Shown here: positions 17,416 to 26,349 of the stretch, in pieces | How the letters are laid out: every line of letters begins with the position of its first letter | Numbering within the stretch: position 1 is the first letter of the stretch | From: a virus | Taxonomy: Duplodnaviria; Caudoviricetes | Virus record (IMG/VR): IMGVR_UViG_3300025127_000031 | Span: 1-60,802 of that record | Direction: 5' to 3' (one strand) | Length of the DNA: 60,802 nt | The notes under the pieces: generated by a model | Seen by the model: only the letters and a program-made list of their open reading frames with translations | Database searches by the model: none | Told to the model about the DNA's origin: nothing | Program-made: the position numbers and the translations under genes

Positions 17416-19854
17416 TCAGTTACCCCAAATTGTTAGGACAGCACCGTAGGTACCAGAAGAGATCGTAGCTTTACGAGAAGCGCCAGCTGTAATATCAATA
17501 ACATCTCCTGCACTACTATATAAACCTGTATTGGCATCATCAATAAATGCAATGCCAGGGGTTGCTTGATTACCTGAAGCAAAGAAGGCTTGGTCTCTAG
17601 AAGTTAATCCACTTTGCAGATAAACTTCACCGCTGACATTAAGATCACCACTAACAGTCAGGTTATCTCCTACGATGAAAACATCATCGATGTAAAGATC
17701 ATTAAATTGACCAGTTGTAAAGGTTGCTGTTTCACCGGTAACTGTTGTACCTGAAATTGTACCTGTTACAGTCAGATTTGTTCCAATCAGAATACCACTG
17801 ACAAAATTACTAGTACCAGTGACTGTAATACCTTCACGGAAAACACTGGCTCCACTAACAACAATTCCACTATCAAAGACAGAATTACCACTAACTTCTA
17901 AATCACCGCTAACAGTAAGATTGTCACCAATAATAAAATCATCATCAACAAATAAGTCTTGGAACGTACCTGTTGTAAATAAAGCTCTTGTACCTGTTAC
18001 TGTTTGCCCAGAAATGGTTGCACCTGACAAGGTGTTTGCAAGAACAGTTAAACCAGTAACAGTTCCATCAAAAGCACCACTTGCTGCAGTTATTTCTTGA
18101 ACAGCATCAATAAATTGACCTGAGATGCGATAACCAGTGATTGTGTTGCTAACAAATAAATCACCGGTAATTGTGATTTCACCACCACTAATAACAATTC
18201 CACTAATTGTGCTGGTCCATGTTGGTGCTTCACCTGCTCCTTGTGATACTAAGACTTGTCCGTGAGCACCGTAGTTTTCACCACCAAGACCTAAAGCTCC
18301 ATATCGACTAATACGTAATCGTTCAGTACCACTTGTTGAGAACCCTAAATATTTATCTAATGCAGGATTGCCATCAATAACACCACTAGTAACAAAGATG
18401 CCTGTATCATCTTCTCCTTCAAAAGTAATCGAAGGGTTGGCAGCACTTCCAGAAGCAAAAACTCCTGTTTGTGCATGGATTGTCGTACCTGAGAACGATG
18501 TTCCTGTTACGTTGGTGAAGACACCTGAAGCTCCATTAAAAGTTGTAAATTCTGCACTGGTGCCTGTAGCAGTTACGAAATGTCCACTTGTTGTAGAAAT
18601 TGTTGTGCCAGTAATGGTTCCACTGACATAAACATTGTCACCACTGATTGTGCCGCCTGTAATGGTTGGTGCAGTAATGATGGTGTCAAAATTACCAGAC
18701 TGTGCAGTAATCGTTTGACCACTAACTTCTCCAGTTATAGTAATGCCTGAAGCAAAATAACCTGAACCACTAATGAATAAATCTTCTAAAACAGTAAAAC
18801 TACCGCTAACAGTTTGGTCACCACTAAACTGAAGGTTGGCTGCAGTTAATGTTTGAGCTTGAAGGCTATTAAATAAACCAGACGCACCAGTAATGGTAGT
18901 ACCGGAAAGGTAAGTAAAGAAACCTGATGTTCCTAAAGTAACACCTAGGTTTGCTACATCACCTGTGATAGTAGTGCCTGAAAAAGATGTAGCGTGTGAA
19001 CTAAAACCTGTAAGATTTAAAAACTGTCCGTAATCACCTGTAATCGTGGTTCCTGACAGGTTTGCAACATCAATAAAAGTTCCCGTTGTTCTTTCAAAAA
19101 ATGCTGAATTACCTGTAATAGTTGTGCCAGAAATTTGAGTTGTAAATACAGCGGTTTGACCTGTCAGCGTCGTGTATTGACCAACATCTCCAGTAATCGT
19201 TGCACCAGAAATTGTTCCAGTTGCATTAATATCGTTGGCATTAATCGTTCCACTGTGAGTCAGAATGCCTGTAAAGGTTACATTATCTGCTGTAAGCGTA
19301 TCAATTTGTGCAACCTGAGCATACAAATCGTTGATATCTGCATCAACGATAATGCCTGATACAACACCAAAACTTTCACCTGTTAGGGTCGCTCCTGACA
19401 TTGTGTCAAAGAAACCGGTAACAAAGTCAATTGTTGTGCCAGTAATAATGGTAGTGAAATTACCTGAACTAATTTCTACATAGTCGGCAATAACATTATT
19501 GACTTCAATTTGAGTACCGGTAATCGTACCTGTTACAGAAAAACTACCGCTAGTTGTTAAATTTCCACCGACAATAACAGCTTGAAAATCTGAGTCACCA
19601 CTTACGGTTAAATTATTAAGGCTAGTGGTTCCACTGACACCCAGATTACCTGTAATGGTAATATTGTTGTATGTAGGATCTTCGCCAACGTTAATATAAT
19701 ATTGATCTAAGTAGTCTCTAAAACCACTAAAAGTAATCTTTTTATTTCTTAAAGCCGGATCAACTTCAAAGACGTGAACCAGGGTCAGAAGATCTGCATT
19801 AGCAATATCTACCGATTCAATCGTCGGAAATTGTGAGATCTTTCTATTGGCCAC
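17416..19854 (-). CDS. Long Thr/Ser/Gly-rich tail fibre-like protein
   Basis: 812 aa; RKISQF N-terminus; many SG(T/A)TI(T/S)G repeats; GSAANPSITF motif. Confidence 0.75.
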   Translation of the reverse strand: MANRKISQFPTIESVDIANADLLTLVHVFEVDPALRNKKITFSGFRDYLDQYYINVGEDPTYNNITITGNLGVSGTTSLNNLTVSGDSDFQAVIVGGNLTTSGSFSVTGTITGTQIEVNNVIADYVEISSGNFTTIITGTTIDFVTGFFDTMSGATLTGESFGVVSGIIVDADINDLYAQVAQIDTLTADNVTFTGILTHSGTINANDINATGTISGATITGDVGQYTTLTGQTAVFTTQISGTTITGNSAFFERTTGTFIDVANLSGTTITGDYGQFLNLTGFSSHATSFSGTTITGDVANLGVTLGTSGFFTYLSGTTITGASGLFNSLQAQTLTAANLQFSGDQTVSGSFTVLEDLFISGSGYFASGITITGEVSGQTITAQSGNFDTIITAPTITGGTISGDNVYVSGTITGTTISTTSGHFVTATGTSAEFTTFNGASGVFTNVTGTSFSGTTIHAQTGVFASGSAANPSITFEGEDDTGIFVTSGVIDGNPALDKYLGFSTSGTERLRISRYGALGLGGENYGAHGQVLVSQGAGEAPTWTSTISGIVISGGEITITGDLFVSNTITGYRISGQFIDAVQEITAASGAFDGTVTGLTVLANTLSGATISGQTVTGTRALFTTGTFQDLFVDDDFIIGDNLTVSGDLEVSGNSVFDSGIVVSGASVFREGITVTGTSNFVSGILIGTNLTVTGTISGTTVTGETATFTTGQFNDLYIDDVFIVGDNLTVSGDLNVSGEVYLQSGLTSRDQAFFASGNQATPGIAFIDDANTGLYSSAGDVIDITAGASRKATISSGTYGAVLTIWGN

Positions 19855-19896
19855 CTATTTCTAATAGTCAAGTCCTATTTGATATTATAGAACTGC

Positions 19897-20331
19897 CTAG
19901 TTCTCGCGAATTTCAATTCGTGGAAGAATATCTGTGGCAAAATTCCAGGCTCCTTGAATACCGAAAACAAGGCCACAAGAAACAGCAAAAACAACTAGAA
20001 TTTCTGCAAGGGTTAAATTACGTCTTATATAAACAACATTAGGTTCTGGCGGAGTAGGGTATGGCACTTGTACTTGTGGAGCACTACTGGGGGGAGCTTG
20101 TACCGGTGCCGGTTGTTGGGTGACTTGTTGAATGGCTTGCTCCAGGGCAATGCGGCGCATTTCTTGAAAATCAGGAACAGGAGGAGCTTGTTGTGCTATT
20201 TGTTGTTGTGCAGCAGCAAAGTCAGCTGGATTTTGATAGCGAGGTCCTCCAGGATCTGAAAAATAATTATTTTCTTCCGGTAGTTGCCCAGGGGTTACGT
20301 ATTGTTTGCTGGAAGGGACTTGATCTTCCAT
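19897..20331 (-). CDS. Pro/Gln-rich membrane protein
   Basis: Likely ATG 20331; one C-terminal hydrophobic helix. Confidence 0.6.
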   Translation of the reverse strand: MEDQVPSSKQYVTPGQLPEENNYFSDPGGPRYQNPADFAAAQQQIAQQAPPVPDFQEMRRIALEQAIQQVTQQPAPVQAPPSSAPQVQVPYPTPPEPNVVYIRRNLTLAEILVVFAVSCGLVFGIQGAWNFATDILPRIEIREN

Positions 20332-20384
20332 TGGTACTGGGTTATTGTTCTTTGAAAGTGTAGCATTAATCAAAACTTTTTGCG

Positions 20385-20849
20385 ATGAGTAAAAATGATT
20401 CGCTTGGAATTGTGAAAGCTCTTGCTTCAGTTACCGCTGAATTACGTGGGATTCGCAATATCTTGTCTTCAATGTGGCATAGCAGGTATCAAAATGACGA
20501 AACGGATCTCGTTTCACCTGAAGTTTATTCAGATGAATACATTTCTACAGAAGAATGCGCTCGGCGTTTAAATGTAACAGATCAAACAATTCGTAATTGG
20601 ATTTTACAAGGAAAAAAGAAAAAAGATTTTGGTTGGCAGCAAGGTATTCATTACATTGTTATGCCTGTTGGTGCACACAAAAAAATGATTCGTATTCCTT
20701 GGAATCAATTAATTTTGTCTTATAGAAAAGGAGAAGATGTTAATTTAAGAACTTTTGACGCTCCGAATACAATTGATTTGTATAAAACAAGTTCGCGAAA
20801 AGATTTGGATAATATTCCTAATCCTTCTGTTCCCGATTTACCTGATTAA
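20385..20849 (+). CDS. Excisionase/MerR-type HTH DNA-binding protein
   Basis: YISTEECARRLNVTDQTIRNWI; GIHY. Confidence 0.75.
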   Translation: MSKNDSLGIVKALASVTAELRGIRNILSSMWHSRYQNDETDLVSPEVYSDEYISTEECARRLNVTDQTIRNWILQGKKKKDFGWQQGIHYIVMPVGAHKKMIRIPWNQLILSYRKGEDVNLRTFDAPNTIDLYKTSSRKDLDNIPNPSVPDLPD

Positions 20850-20850
20850 T

Positions 20851-21312
20851 ATGGCTCATCGATTTGACAACATAAACATATCGGAACTGACGTTAGAAAA
20901 CTATGCTGAAAAGTTACCAAAAGATTTAGCATCTCAAGTTACAAAATTTTTGCCTCCTGAGGGTTCTTTTGATGAAATAATTATGCGTCGTTATATCCAA
21001 TCAATTCGTGACTTTGAGTTGGAAGATCCAAATAGCAGTATGACGTTAGCTAATCGTTTGCGTCTTGCTTTTCAAGACATGCAACCAGAAACAATTTGTA
21101 GTCGTTTTCCGAACGCTGATTTACCTTTAAAACGTCGTTTACGTTGTGTAGCTGAATACTTAATTCGTTCTGAAGAATTTGATAAATTAAAAGATGAAAA
21201 TGGAAAGCTAATTAAGAAACGTGGTATCTTGGGAAAAATGGTTGTAATCTATCAGCCTTTGCCTAAGATGTTAACCATTTTACAAAAACAAAAATTACTA
21301 AAAAATGGATAG
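20851..21312 (+). CDS. Hypothetical protein
   Basis: ATG directly after the upstream stop; 153 aa. Confidence 0.7.
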   Translation: MAHRFDNINISELTLENYAEKLPKDLASQVTKFLPPEGSFDEIIMRRYIQSIRDFELEDPNSSMTLANRLRLAFQDMQPETICSRFPNADLPLKRRLRCVAEYLIRSEEFDKLKDENGKLIKKRGILGKMVVIYQPLPKMLTILQKQKLLKNG

Positions 21313-21688
21313 GAGAGAAAAATTACTTACTGCTGTTTGCGGTAAAGACTTTGATGGTAACAGTGTTCGTTATGCGGATGCAACTATCAAATTAATTTTG
21401 GGTGATATGGGTAAAGAATATATGAAATTTTGGGAGGTTGAAGGTCCAGGTGCTATGTGTTTTCAACCAAACAACACAGAACGTACAATGTTTTGGTTAA
21501 CGTTAGAAGAATTGCATTCTGCCAAAGAACAAGCAGAATCTAACAACGAAGGAGATTTAGCTGAATCCTTTAGACGTATTTTGGAATCAGTACAAAAAAT
21601 TAATCCTACTGCTGGTGCTGGCTATATCTTAAACGATCACCAGGGTATGCGTTATTTTTATATTGATTACAATAAAGAATCTGAGTAA
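21305..21688 (+). CDS. Hypothetical protein
   Basis: 127 aa; translationally coupled in operon. Confidence 0.7.
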   Translation: MDRREKLLTAVCGKDFDGNSVRYADATIKLILGDMGKEYMKFWEVEGPGAMCFQPNNTERTMFWLTLEELHSAKEQAESNNEGDLAESFRRILESVQKINPTAGAGYILNDHQGMRYFYIDYNKESE

Positions 21689-22281
21689 TGGGTCTTAAGC
21701 GCGGTAACCTACGCTCAGAAGAGTTTGAATGGATTACTAACCGTGATTTGGTTGACTCTGCCCATCTCCTTATGGGTGAAATTGATCTCGATCCAGCTAG
21801 CTCTGCATTTGCTAACGAATACATCGGGGCAAAAAACTACTACACTCCAAAAGAAGACGGCTTAAACGAAGAAAAATGGTTTGGAAATGTTTATTTATTT
21901 CCACCTAGTCAATCTTATTTTTGGCACAAAAAAAGTCAACGCTGGAAAATAACTCGTGGTTTATCCCCAACATTGACATCAGGTCATGCTTTGTGGTGGA
22001 CGGCATTAAAACGTAAATGGTTATCAGGTGAAATTGAACAAGGTATATATTTTTCTAATTTTATTGATATGACCATGTATTGTCAGGATATTTTTGATCA
22101 TCCTGTCTGCATTATGAAATCAAGACCAACATTAATTCGTCATTACTATGCCGATGATAAGGTCATGTCAAGAAACACAGGGTGCAGCTTAATAGTTTAT
22201 TTACAACCAAAAGACAATATAGGAAAAGCTACTCAAGAATTTATCGATATTTATTCTGAAAAAGGCAGAATTATTGTGTAG
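21688..22281 (+). CDS. Phage DNA N6-adenine methyltransferase-like protein with atypical motif IV
   Basis: EWIT, IDLDPAS, YYT..EDGL...WFGNVYL; FPPS in place of NPPY/F. Confidence 0.65.
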   Translation: MGLKRGNLRSEEFEWITNRDLVDSAHLLMGEIDLDPASSAFANEYIGAKNYYTPKEDGLNEEKWFGNVYLFPPSQSYFWHKKSQRWKITRGLSPTLTSGHALWWTALKRKWLSGEIEQGIYFSNFIDMTMYCQDIFDHPVCIMKSRPTLIRHYYADDKVMSRNTGCSLIVYLQPKDNIGKATQEFIDIYSEKGRIIV

Positions 22282-22304
22282 GATATTTGAACTGAGTTCT
22301 GGCT

Positions 22305-22889
22305 ATGTCTGTACTAAGCGATAAAGAAATCCGAGAATTTGCAGAAAAGGGAATGATTACTCCTTTTCAGTCATCTTTAATCAATAAAGAAAATGACATT
22401 CCTATCCTCAGTTATGGACTTAGTTCCTATGGTTATGACATTCGTTTGTCACCTAATCAGTGTCTTTTATTCGGTGGTGTTCCCCACGGAATGTGTGACG
22501 CTAAAAACTTTGATCCTCAAATTTTAAAAGAAACAGAACTTCATGAAGATGAGCGAGGAAAATATTTTATCTTGCCTCCTTATGGCTACTGTCTTGGTGT
22601 TGCTGTTGAACACCTGGCTTTACCCCGAGACGTTACCGTGGTTGCAGTGGGTAAAAGTACATACGCCCGCGCTGGAATCATGGCGAACATTACTCCAGCA
22701 GAAGCTGGTTGGGAAGGTCATTTAACGTTAGAGATCAGTAATTGCACTCCTTTATTTAATAAGATTTATGCCAATGAAGGTATTTGTCAACTCTTGTTTT
22801 ATCAAGGAGAACCTTGTGAGGTTGACTATCAAATGCGAAAAGGAAAATATCAAAAACAACCGTATGAAGTAGTCTTTAGTAAGGTTTAA
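22305..22889 (+). CDS. dcd: dCTP deaminase
   Basis: LSDKEI, SYGLSSYGYDIRL, GKSTYARAG, EAGWEGHLTLEISN, EGICQLLF, GKYQ. Confidence 0.93.
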   Translation: MSVLSDKEIREFAEKGMITPFQSSLINKENDIPILSYGLSSYGYDIRLSPNQCLLFGGVPHGMCDAKNFDPQILKETELHEDERGKYFILPPYGYCLGVAVEHLALPRDVTVVAVGKSTYARAGIMANITPAEAGWEGHLTLEISNCTPLFNKIYANEGICQLLFYQGEPCEVDYQMRKGKYQKQPYEVVFSKV

Positions 22890-23233
22890 CCAAAACCTCT
22901 TCCTGTATAAAGTTTGGGTTTGTCTGCATAGTTCGTACTACCAGCTTTCCCAAACCTATCTCCTTCTATAAAAGCAGGAGTTTGTCCTTGTCTATCAGTA
23001 TATGGCTGATCGTAACCACTTTTCTGACGAAACTTTCCAGCTGATCTCGCTGATCTCAAAAACTTCTCAACACGATTTTGCTGTTGCTCGTTGCGAGTGT
23101 CCCCAGCATATGCCGTCTTTCGTTCGCTCTCATCTAGATTGCGCAAGTCAACGTCATAAGCACGCTCTGGAGTGAGATCTGTAACAAATCCTCCAGAAGA
23201 GCCACGCCTATTTTGAGGAGTAGGAATTACCAT
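22886..23233 (-). CDS. Hypothetical protein
   Basis: 115-aa ORF convergent on dcd. Confidence 0.6.
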   Translation of the reverse strand: MVIPTPQNRRGSSGGFVTDLTPERAYDVDLRNLDESERKTAYAGDTRNEQQQNRVEKFLRSARSAGKFRQKSGYDQPYTDRQGQTPAFIEGDRFGKAGSTNYADKPKLYTGRGFG

Positions 23234-23275
23234 ACCTGAATTATAATTGGAGTTAATAAAGGTACGTTGTTAATT

Positions 23276-23623
23276 ATGGATTTTTTATCCTCTTTCATTG
23301 CTAATAATGATGAGCTAAAAGGACGCTTGGCAACCGTGAACGATTTTGGTCAAGAATTAGACAATGAAAATAATGATGTTCCGGTGTATGATCAATTCAA
23401 TCGAGGAATTGCAGTGACGCAAGAATCGCGTCCTCGCATGAACTTAGCTATTGATCCGGAGGCACAACCACGATGCGGAGTAACAGGAACAATACCGAGT
23501 GCGGAACAGGGAATTGCAATGGGAGCAAGGCCGCAACCAAGGCAGTTAATGATGGAGATTCCAGAGGAACTGATGGAGGACGAAGTGATGCAACGGAAAC
23601 TGAAAGCTGGTTTGAACCGGTAA
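23276..23623 (+). CDS. Hypothetical protein
   Basis: ATG 23276; TATAAT 28 nt upstream. Confidence 0.6.
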   Translation: MDFLSSFIANNDELKGRLATVNDFGQELDNENNDVPVYDQFNRGIAVTQESRPRMNLAIDPEAQPRCGVTGTIPSAEQGIAMGARPQPRQLMMEIPEELMEDEVMQRKLKAGLNR

Positions 23624-23955
23624 GTCAAGAAGAAGAAAAGGAATGTCCGGGTGGTATTTGTCCTGTGCCCTGGGCAAAAAAAGAAGATAAAGAACAAATG
23701 TATCAAGAAAAAACATGGAATGCTTATATTAAAAAACATAAAGAGATTGTGGACAATGTTAATCATCCATCTCATTACAACGATGGAGGGCTTGAGTGCA
23801 TTGAAGCCATCGAAGCACAGCTAACGCCAGAAGAATATAGAGGCTACTTAAAAGGTAACGTAGCAAAATATGTCTGGCGCGAAAAGCATAAAGGGGGTAT
23901 TGAGTCATTAAAGAAAGCTCAATGGTATTTGAATAGATTGATTAATTTAGAATAA
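23473..23955 (+). CDS. DUF3310 / T7 gp1.7-like protein
   Basis: DNVNHPSHY..GGLECIEAI...KGNVAKYVWR..K..ESLKKAQWYL; start uncertain because of overlap with the upstream gene. Confidence 0.8.
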   Translation: MRSNRNNTECGTGNCNGSKAATKAVNDGDSRGTDGGRSDATETESWFEPVSQEEEKECPGGICPVPWAKKEDKEQMYQEKTWNAYIKKHKEIVDNVNHPSHYNDGGLECIEAIEAQLTPEEYRGYLKGNVAKYVWREKHKGGIESLKKAQWYLNRLINLE

Positions 23956-23975
23956 TAAAATACTAAATAATTTAA

Positions 23976-24401
23976 ATGTTTAAGCCTCCTAAGCAAGAAA
24001 AAAGTTATTCTTATCAAGAGCAAGGGCTTAATCCTTTTTTTGATAATCAAGGTAATGTTGTAAATAAAGCTAGTAAGAGTCAAGCACTTGCTACTCCTAC
24101 GTTTTTTACTGCTACTAGTTATCAACAAGATACTCCACCTTCTTCAACATCTTCTAATCAAGCTTTTTCTTTTTTAAGTAATAATCCTGTAGAAACAGGT
24201 GTTGATTTAAATCCAGAGCCTGGTGAAGAAACCGTAAATATTCAGGGATCTACAGGAGAAGCCACGGTACCTCTTGAGGATTTTGAACAACTTTTAGGTA
24301 AATTAGAAGGATCTAAAATGCGTCAACAAAGACAAAAATCTGTTGAAGGCAGAAGAGATATTTATGCTGAGGGATTAGCTTCTATGATGGGTAATTTTTA
24401 A
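23976..24401 (+). CDS. Hypothetical protein whose C-terminal 46 aa are shared with 46627-46869
   Basis: 42/46 aa identity of the C-termini. Confidence 0.75.
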   Translation: MFKPPKQEKSYSYQEQGLNPFFDNQGNVVNKASKSQALATPTFFTATSYQQDTPPSSTSSNQAFSFLSNNPVETGVDLNPEPGEETVNIQGSTGEATVPLEDFEQLLGKLEGSKMRQQRQKSVEGRRDIYAEGLASMMGNF

Positions 24402-24715
24402 TCCCTTTGACGCCAATCGTCAGTTTTTTCTTGGCTAAACCACTGGGCCATATCTTCAACACTTTTAAATTCTGTGCGATGGTTACTTGGATCAGGATCT
24501 CCCAAATCCATAGCATTCATAAAACTGTCTAAACCTTCAGCAGGCATGTCTGGATTAGCTGCAAAACGACGTGCTTTTCGCATCATTTCTCCTGCTGTTC
24601 TATTTGCTTTTGCTAATTTCTCAGCCCATACCATGTCTTTTAACTGAACTTCTTCTCCTTTAGAAATTCGTTCACAAATAAACTCAAGACGCAAGCGGTA
24701 GTTCGTCGATAACAT
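24398..24715 (-). CDS. Conserved cyanophage-type hypothetical protein
   Basis: MLSTNYRLRLEFIC...WAEKLAKAN...DDWRQRD. Confidence 0.75.
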   Translation of the reverse strand: MLSTNYRLRLEFICERISKGEEVQLKDMVWAEKLAKANRTAGEMMRKARRFAANPDMPAEGLDSFMNAMDLGDPDPSNHRTEFKSVEDMAQWFSQEKTDDWRQRD

Positions 24716-24736
24716 AACGAAAATATTTAATTTTAA

Positions 24737-25027
24737 TCAAAAAGATGCTTCTAAATCATCATCATCGTCATCTTCCATTGCCATCATGGTCATGGCTAGC
24801 TGTGTTAATTCAATATCACTAGGAATGTCAAATTCAAGTTCAATATTTTCATCCTGCATCATGTCTTTAATTGCTTGCATTTCTAGCAGCCTTTGATGAT
24901 ACAGATTCAAAAGAGCTGCATAAAGCTGATCCCAGGTTAATTCTTTAGCTTCAAGTTCAGCTCTACGCATGGCGAGTTGCAAATGAAGTGGTAATTCAAA
25001 CTCTTTTACAGATGCTGATTCACCCAT
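24737..25027 (-). CDS. nblA: NblA-like phycobilisome degradation adaptor
   Basis: ELPLHLQLAMRRAELEAKELTWDQLYAALLNLYHQ aligns without gaps to the recalled NblA pattern ELSLEQQF.IR......Q.MS.DQ....L..LY.Q. Confidence 0.6.
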   Translation of the reverse strand: MGESASVKEFELPLHLQLAMRRAELEAKELTWDQLYAALLNLYHQRLLEMQAIKDMMQDENIELEFDIPSDIELTQLAMTMMAMEDDDDDDLEASF

Positions 25028-25065
25028 GCGTTTAGTCCTTACTTTATATATTCTAATAGATAAGC

Positions 25066-25731
25066 CTACCTTTGTATCTCAAAAATACTCCGCAATTCTT
25101 CTTCGGAAAGCACTATATCCGAGATACTTCCTAAACTAAAATTGTTAGCAAACACAGACAATACATAAGGATTAATGTGTTGTTCTAATTCGCGTATTGC
25201 TCTTACTTGATGAGGAGCGGCTGCATAATTTCTAAACGCTTTCAATAAAATTTGGTCTGATGTCCATGGGTTGTCGTCATTTTCTTTTAAAAATAATTTA
25301 ACTTCTTGTCGTCGTCTGTCAATAAGTCCACCAATAACCTGGTGCTCACTGTCAAAAATCCACTTTGAAAATTCATCTGCTGCCAGGGAGTATTCTTTAT
25401 GTTCACATAAATCAATTATTTCACTATACAAAAAAGCATCCCAACCAATCGAATGAATGAAAGAAATTAAGCCTTCTTTCATTGAAAGGTTTAAATCTAA
25501 TTTTAATTTGTCAAGCTGTTCTGCAATAATTTTAATTTCGTGTTGCAGATATTCTTGGGCTTTTTCTTTTGTACAACAATGCCCTTGTTTTACTTTTGAA
25601 CCGTCAGGATAAAACTGTGTTCCATAGCCTAAGGTATACGGATCTTTTCCTGTGTTTGGATCACAATATGCTTTTTCGTTAAAACCCTCAAATGTTTTAA
25701 CAATTAACGCTGCATTTTTGTAAGAACACAT
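25066..25731 (-). CDS. GH24 phage lysozyme
   Basis: FEGF..KAY.D......TLGYG; GGLIDRRRQE..LF. Confidence 0.85.
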   Translation of the reverse strand: MCSYKNAALIVKTFEGFNEKAYCDPNTGKDPYTLGYGTQFYPDGSKVKQGHCCTKEKAQEYLQHEIKIIAEQLDKLKLDLNLSMKEGLISFIHSIGWDAFLYSEIIDLCEHKEYSLAADEFSKWIFDSEHQVIGGLIDRRRQEVKLFLKENDDNPWTSDQILLKAFRNYAAAPHQVRAIRELEQHINPYVLSVFANNFSLGSISDIVLSEEELRSIFEIQR

Positions 25732-25760
25732 AAAAGATCCGCATATCTTAATACTATATA

Positions 25761-25874
25761 TTATTTACCTTGTCCACGGAGTTTTTTTCTTCCGTGATTT
25801 GGGCGTGAATGTTTTCCTTGGCCTTGGTTTGTTTTTTTGGGCTTACCAACAACGTAACTGCCGCCTTTGTTCAT
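25761..25874 (-). CDS. Small basic protein (37 aa)
   Basis: Missed by ORF track; KPKKTNQGQGKHSRPNHGRKKLRGQGK. Confidence 0.6.
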   Translation of the reverse strand: MNKGGSYVVGKPKKTNQGQGKHSRPNHGRKKLRGQGK

Positions 25875-26056
25875 AGCTCTAAATCTAAAGAAGCTTCACA
25901 CATAATACTAAACAAAAATAGTTTCATGTGGTGTAACTTTTCTTGTTCTTCTGCTGGTCTTGCTGGAGATCCTGGCCAATATTGAATGGCATCACAAACG
26001 GCTGTGTATAATGTACGACAATCTTCTACGCTAATGCTTATTTCTACATTTACCAT
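25871..26056 (-). CDS. Hypothetical protein
   Basis: 61 aa; coupled to neighbours; WPGSPARP.EEQE. Confidence 0.6.
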   Translation of the reverse strand: MVNVEISISVEDCRTLYTAVCDAIQYWPGSPARPAEEQEKLHHMKLFLFSIMCEASLDLEL

Positions 26057-26349
26057 TTGACTTTATGGCTCCAATAGCGTGCGCTCATTTTACTTGGCTT
26101 GCTATCCTGGGCATTATGTCTTGCATAATATGACTTCTTACGTGCTTTGTCTTTGGCTGTCTTCGGATTTTTGCCAGCACCCTTTACACCTTGTTGGCCA
26201 AAACGAATTATTTTTTCTTTCCCGTTATCGCAAGCTTTTACAACGTGTGATTTGGTTTTATGATTAGGAGTGCGCTTAGGCTTATTACAAGCCATTTTGT
26301 CTTTATTTAACTTAGCTGCTTTTGCAGCTTTTTTATGTTTTTCAGACAT
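26050..26349 (-). CDS. Basic conserved phage protein
   Basis: KSHVVKAC...IIRFGQQG...SYYARH...ARYWSHKVKW. Confidence 0.75.
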   Translation of the reverse strand: MSEKHKKAAKAAKLNKDKMACNKPKRTPNHKTKSHVVKACDNGKEKIIRFGQQGVKGAGKNPKTAKDKARKKSYYARHNAQDSKPSKMSARYWSHKVKW

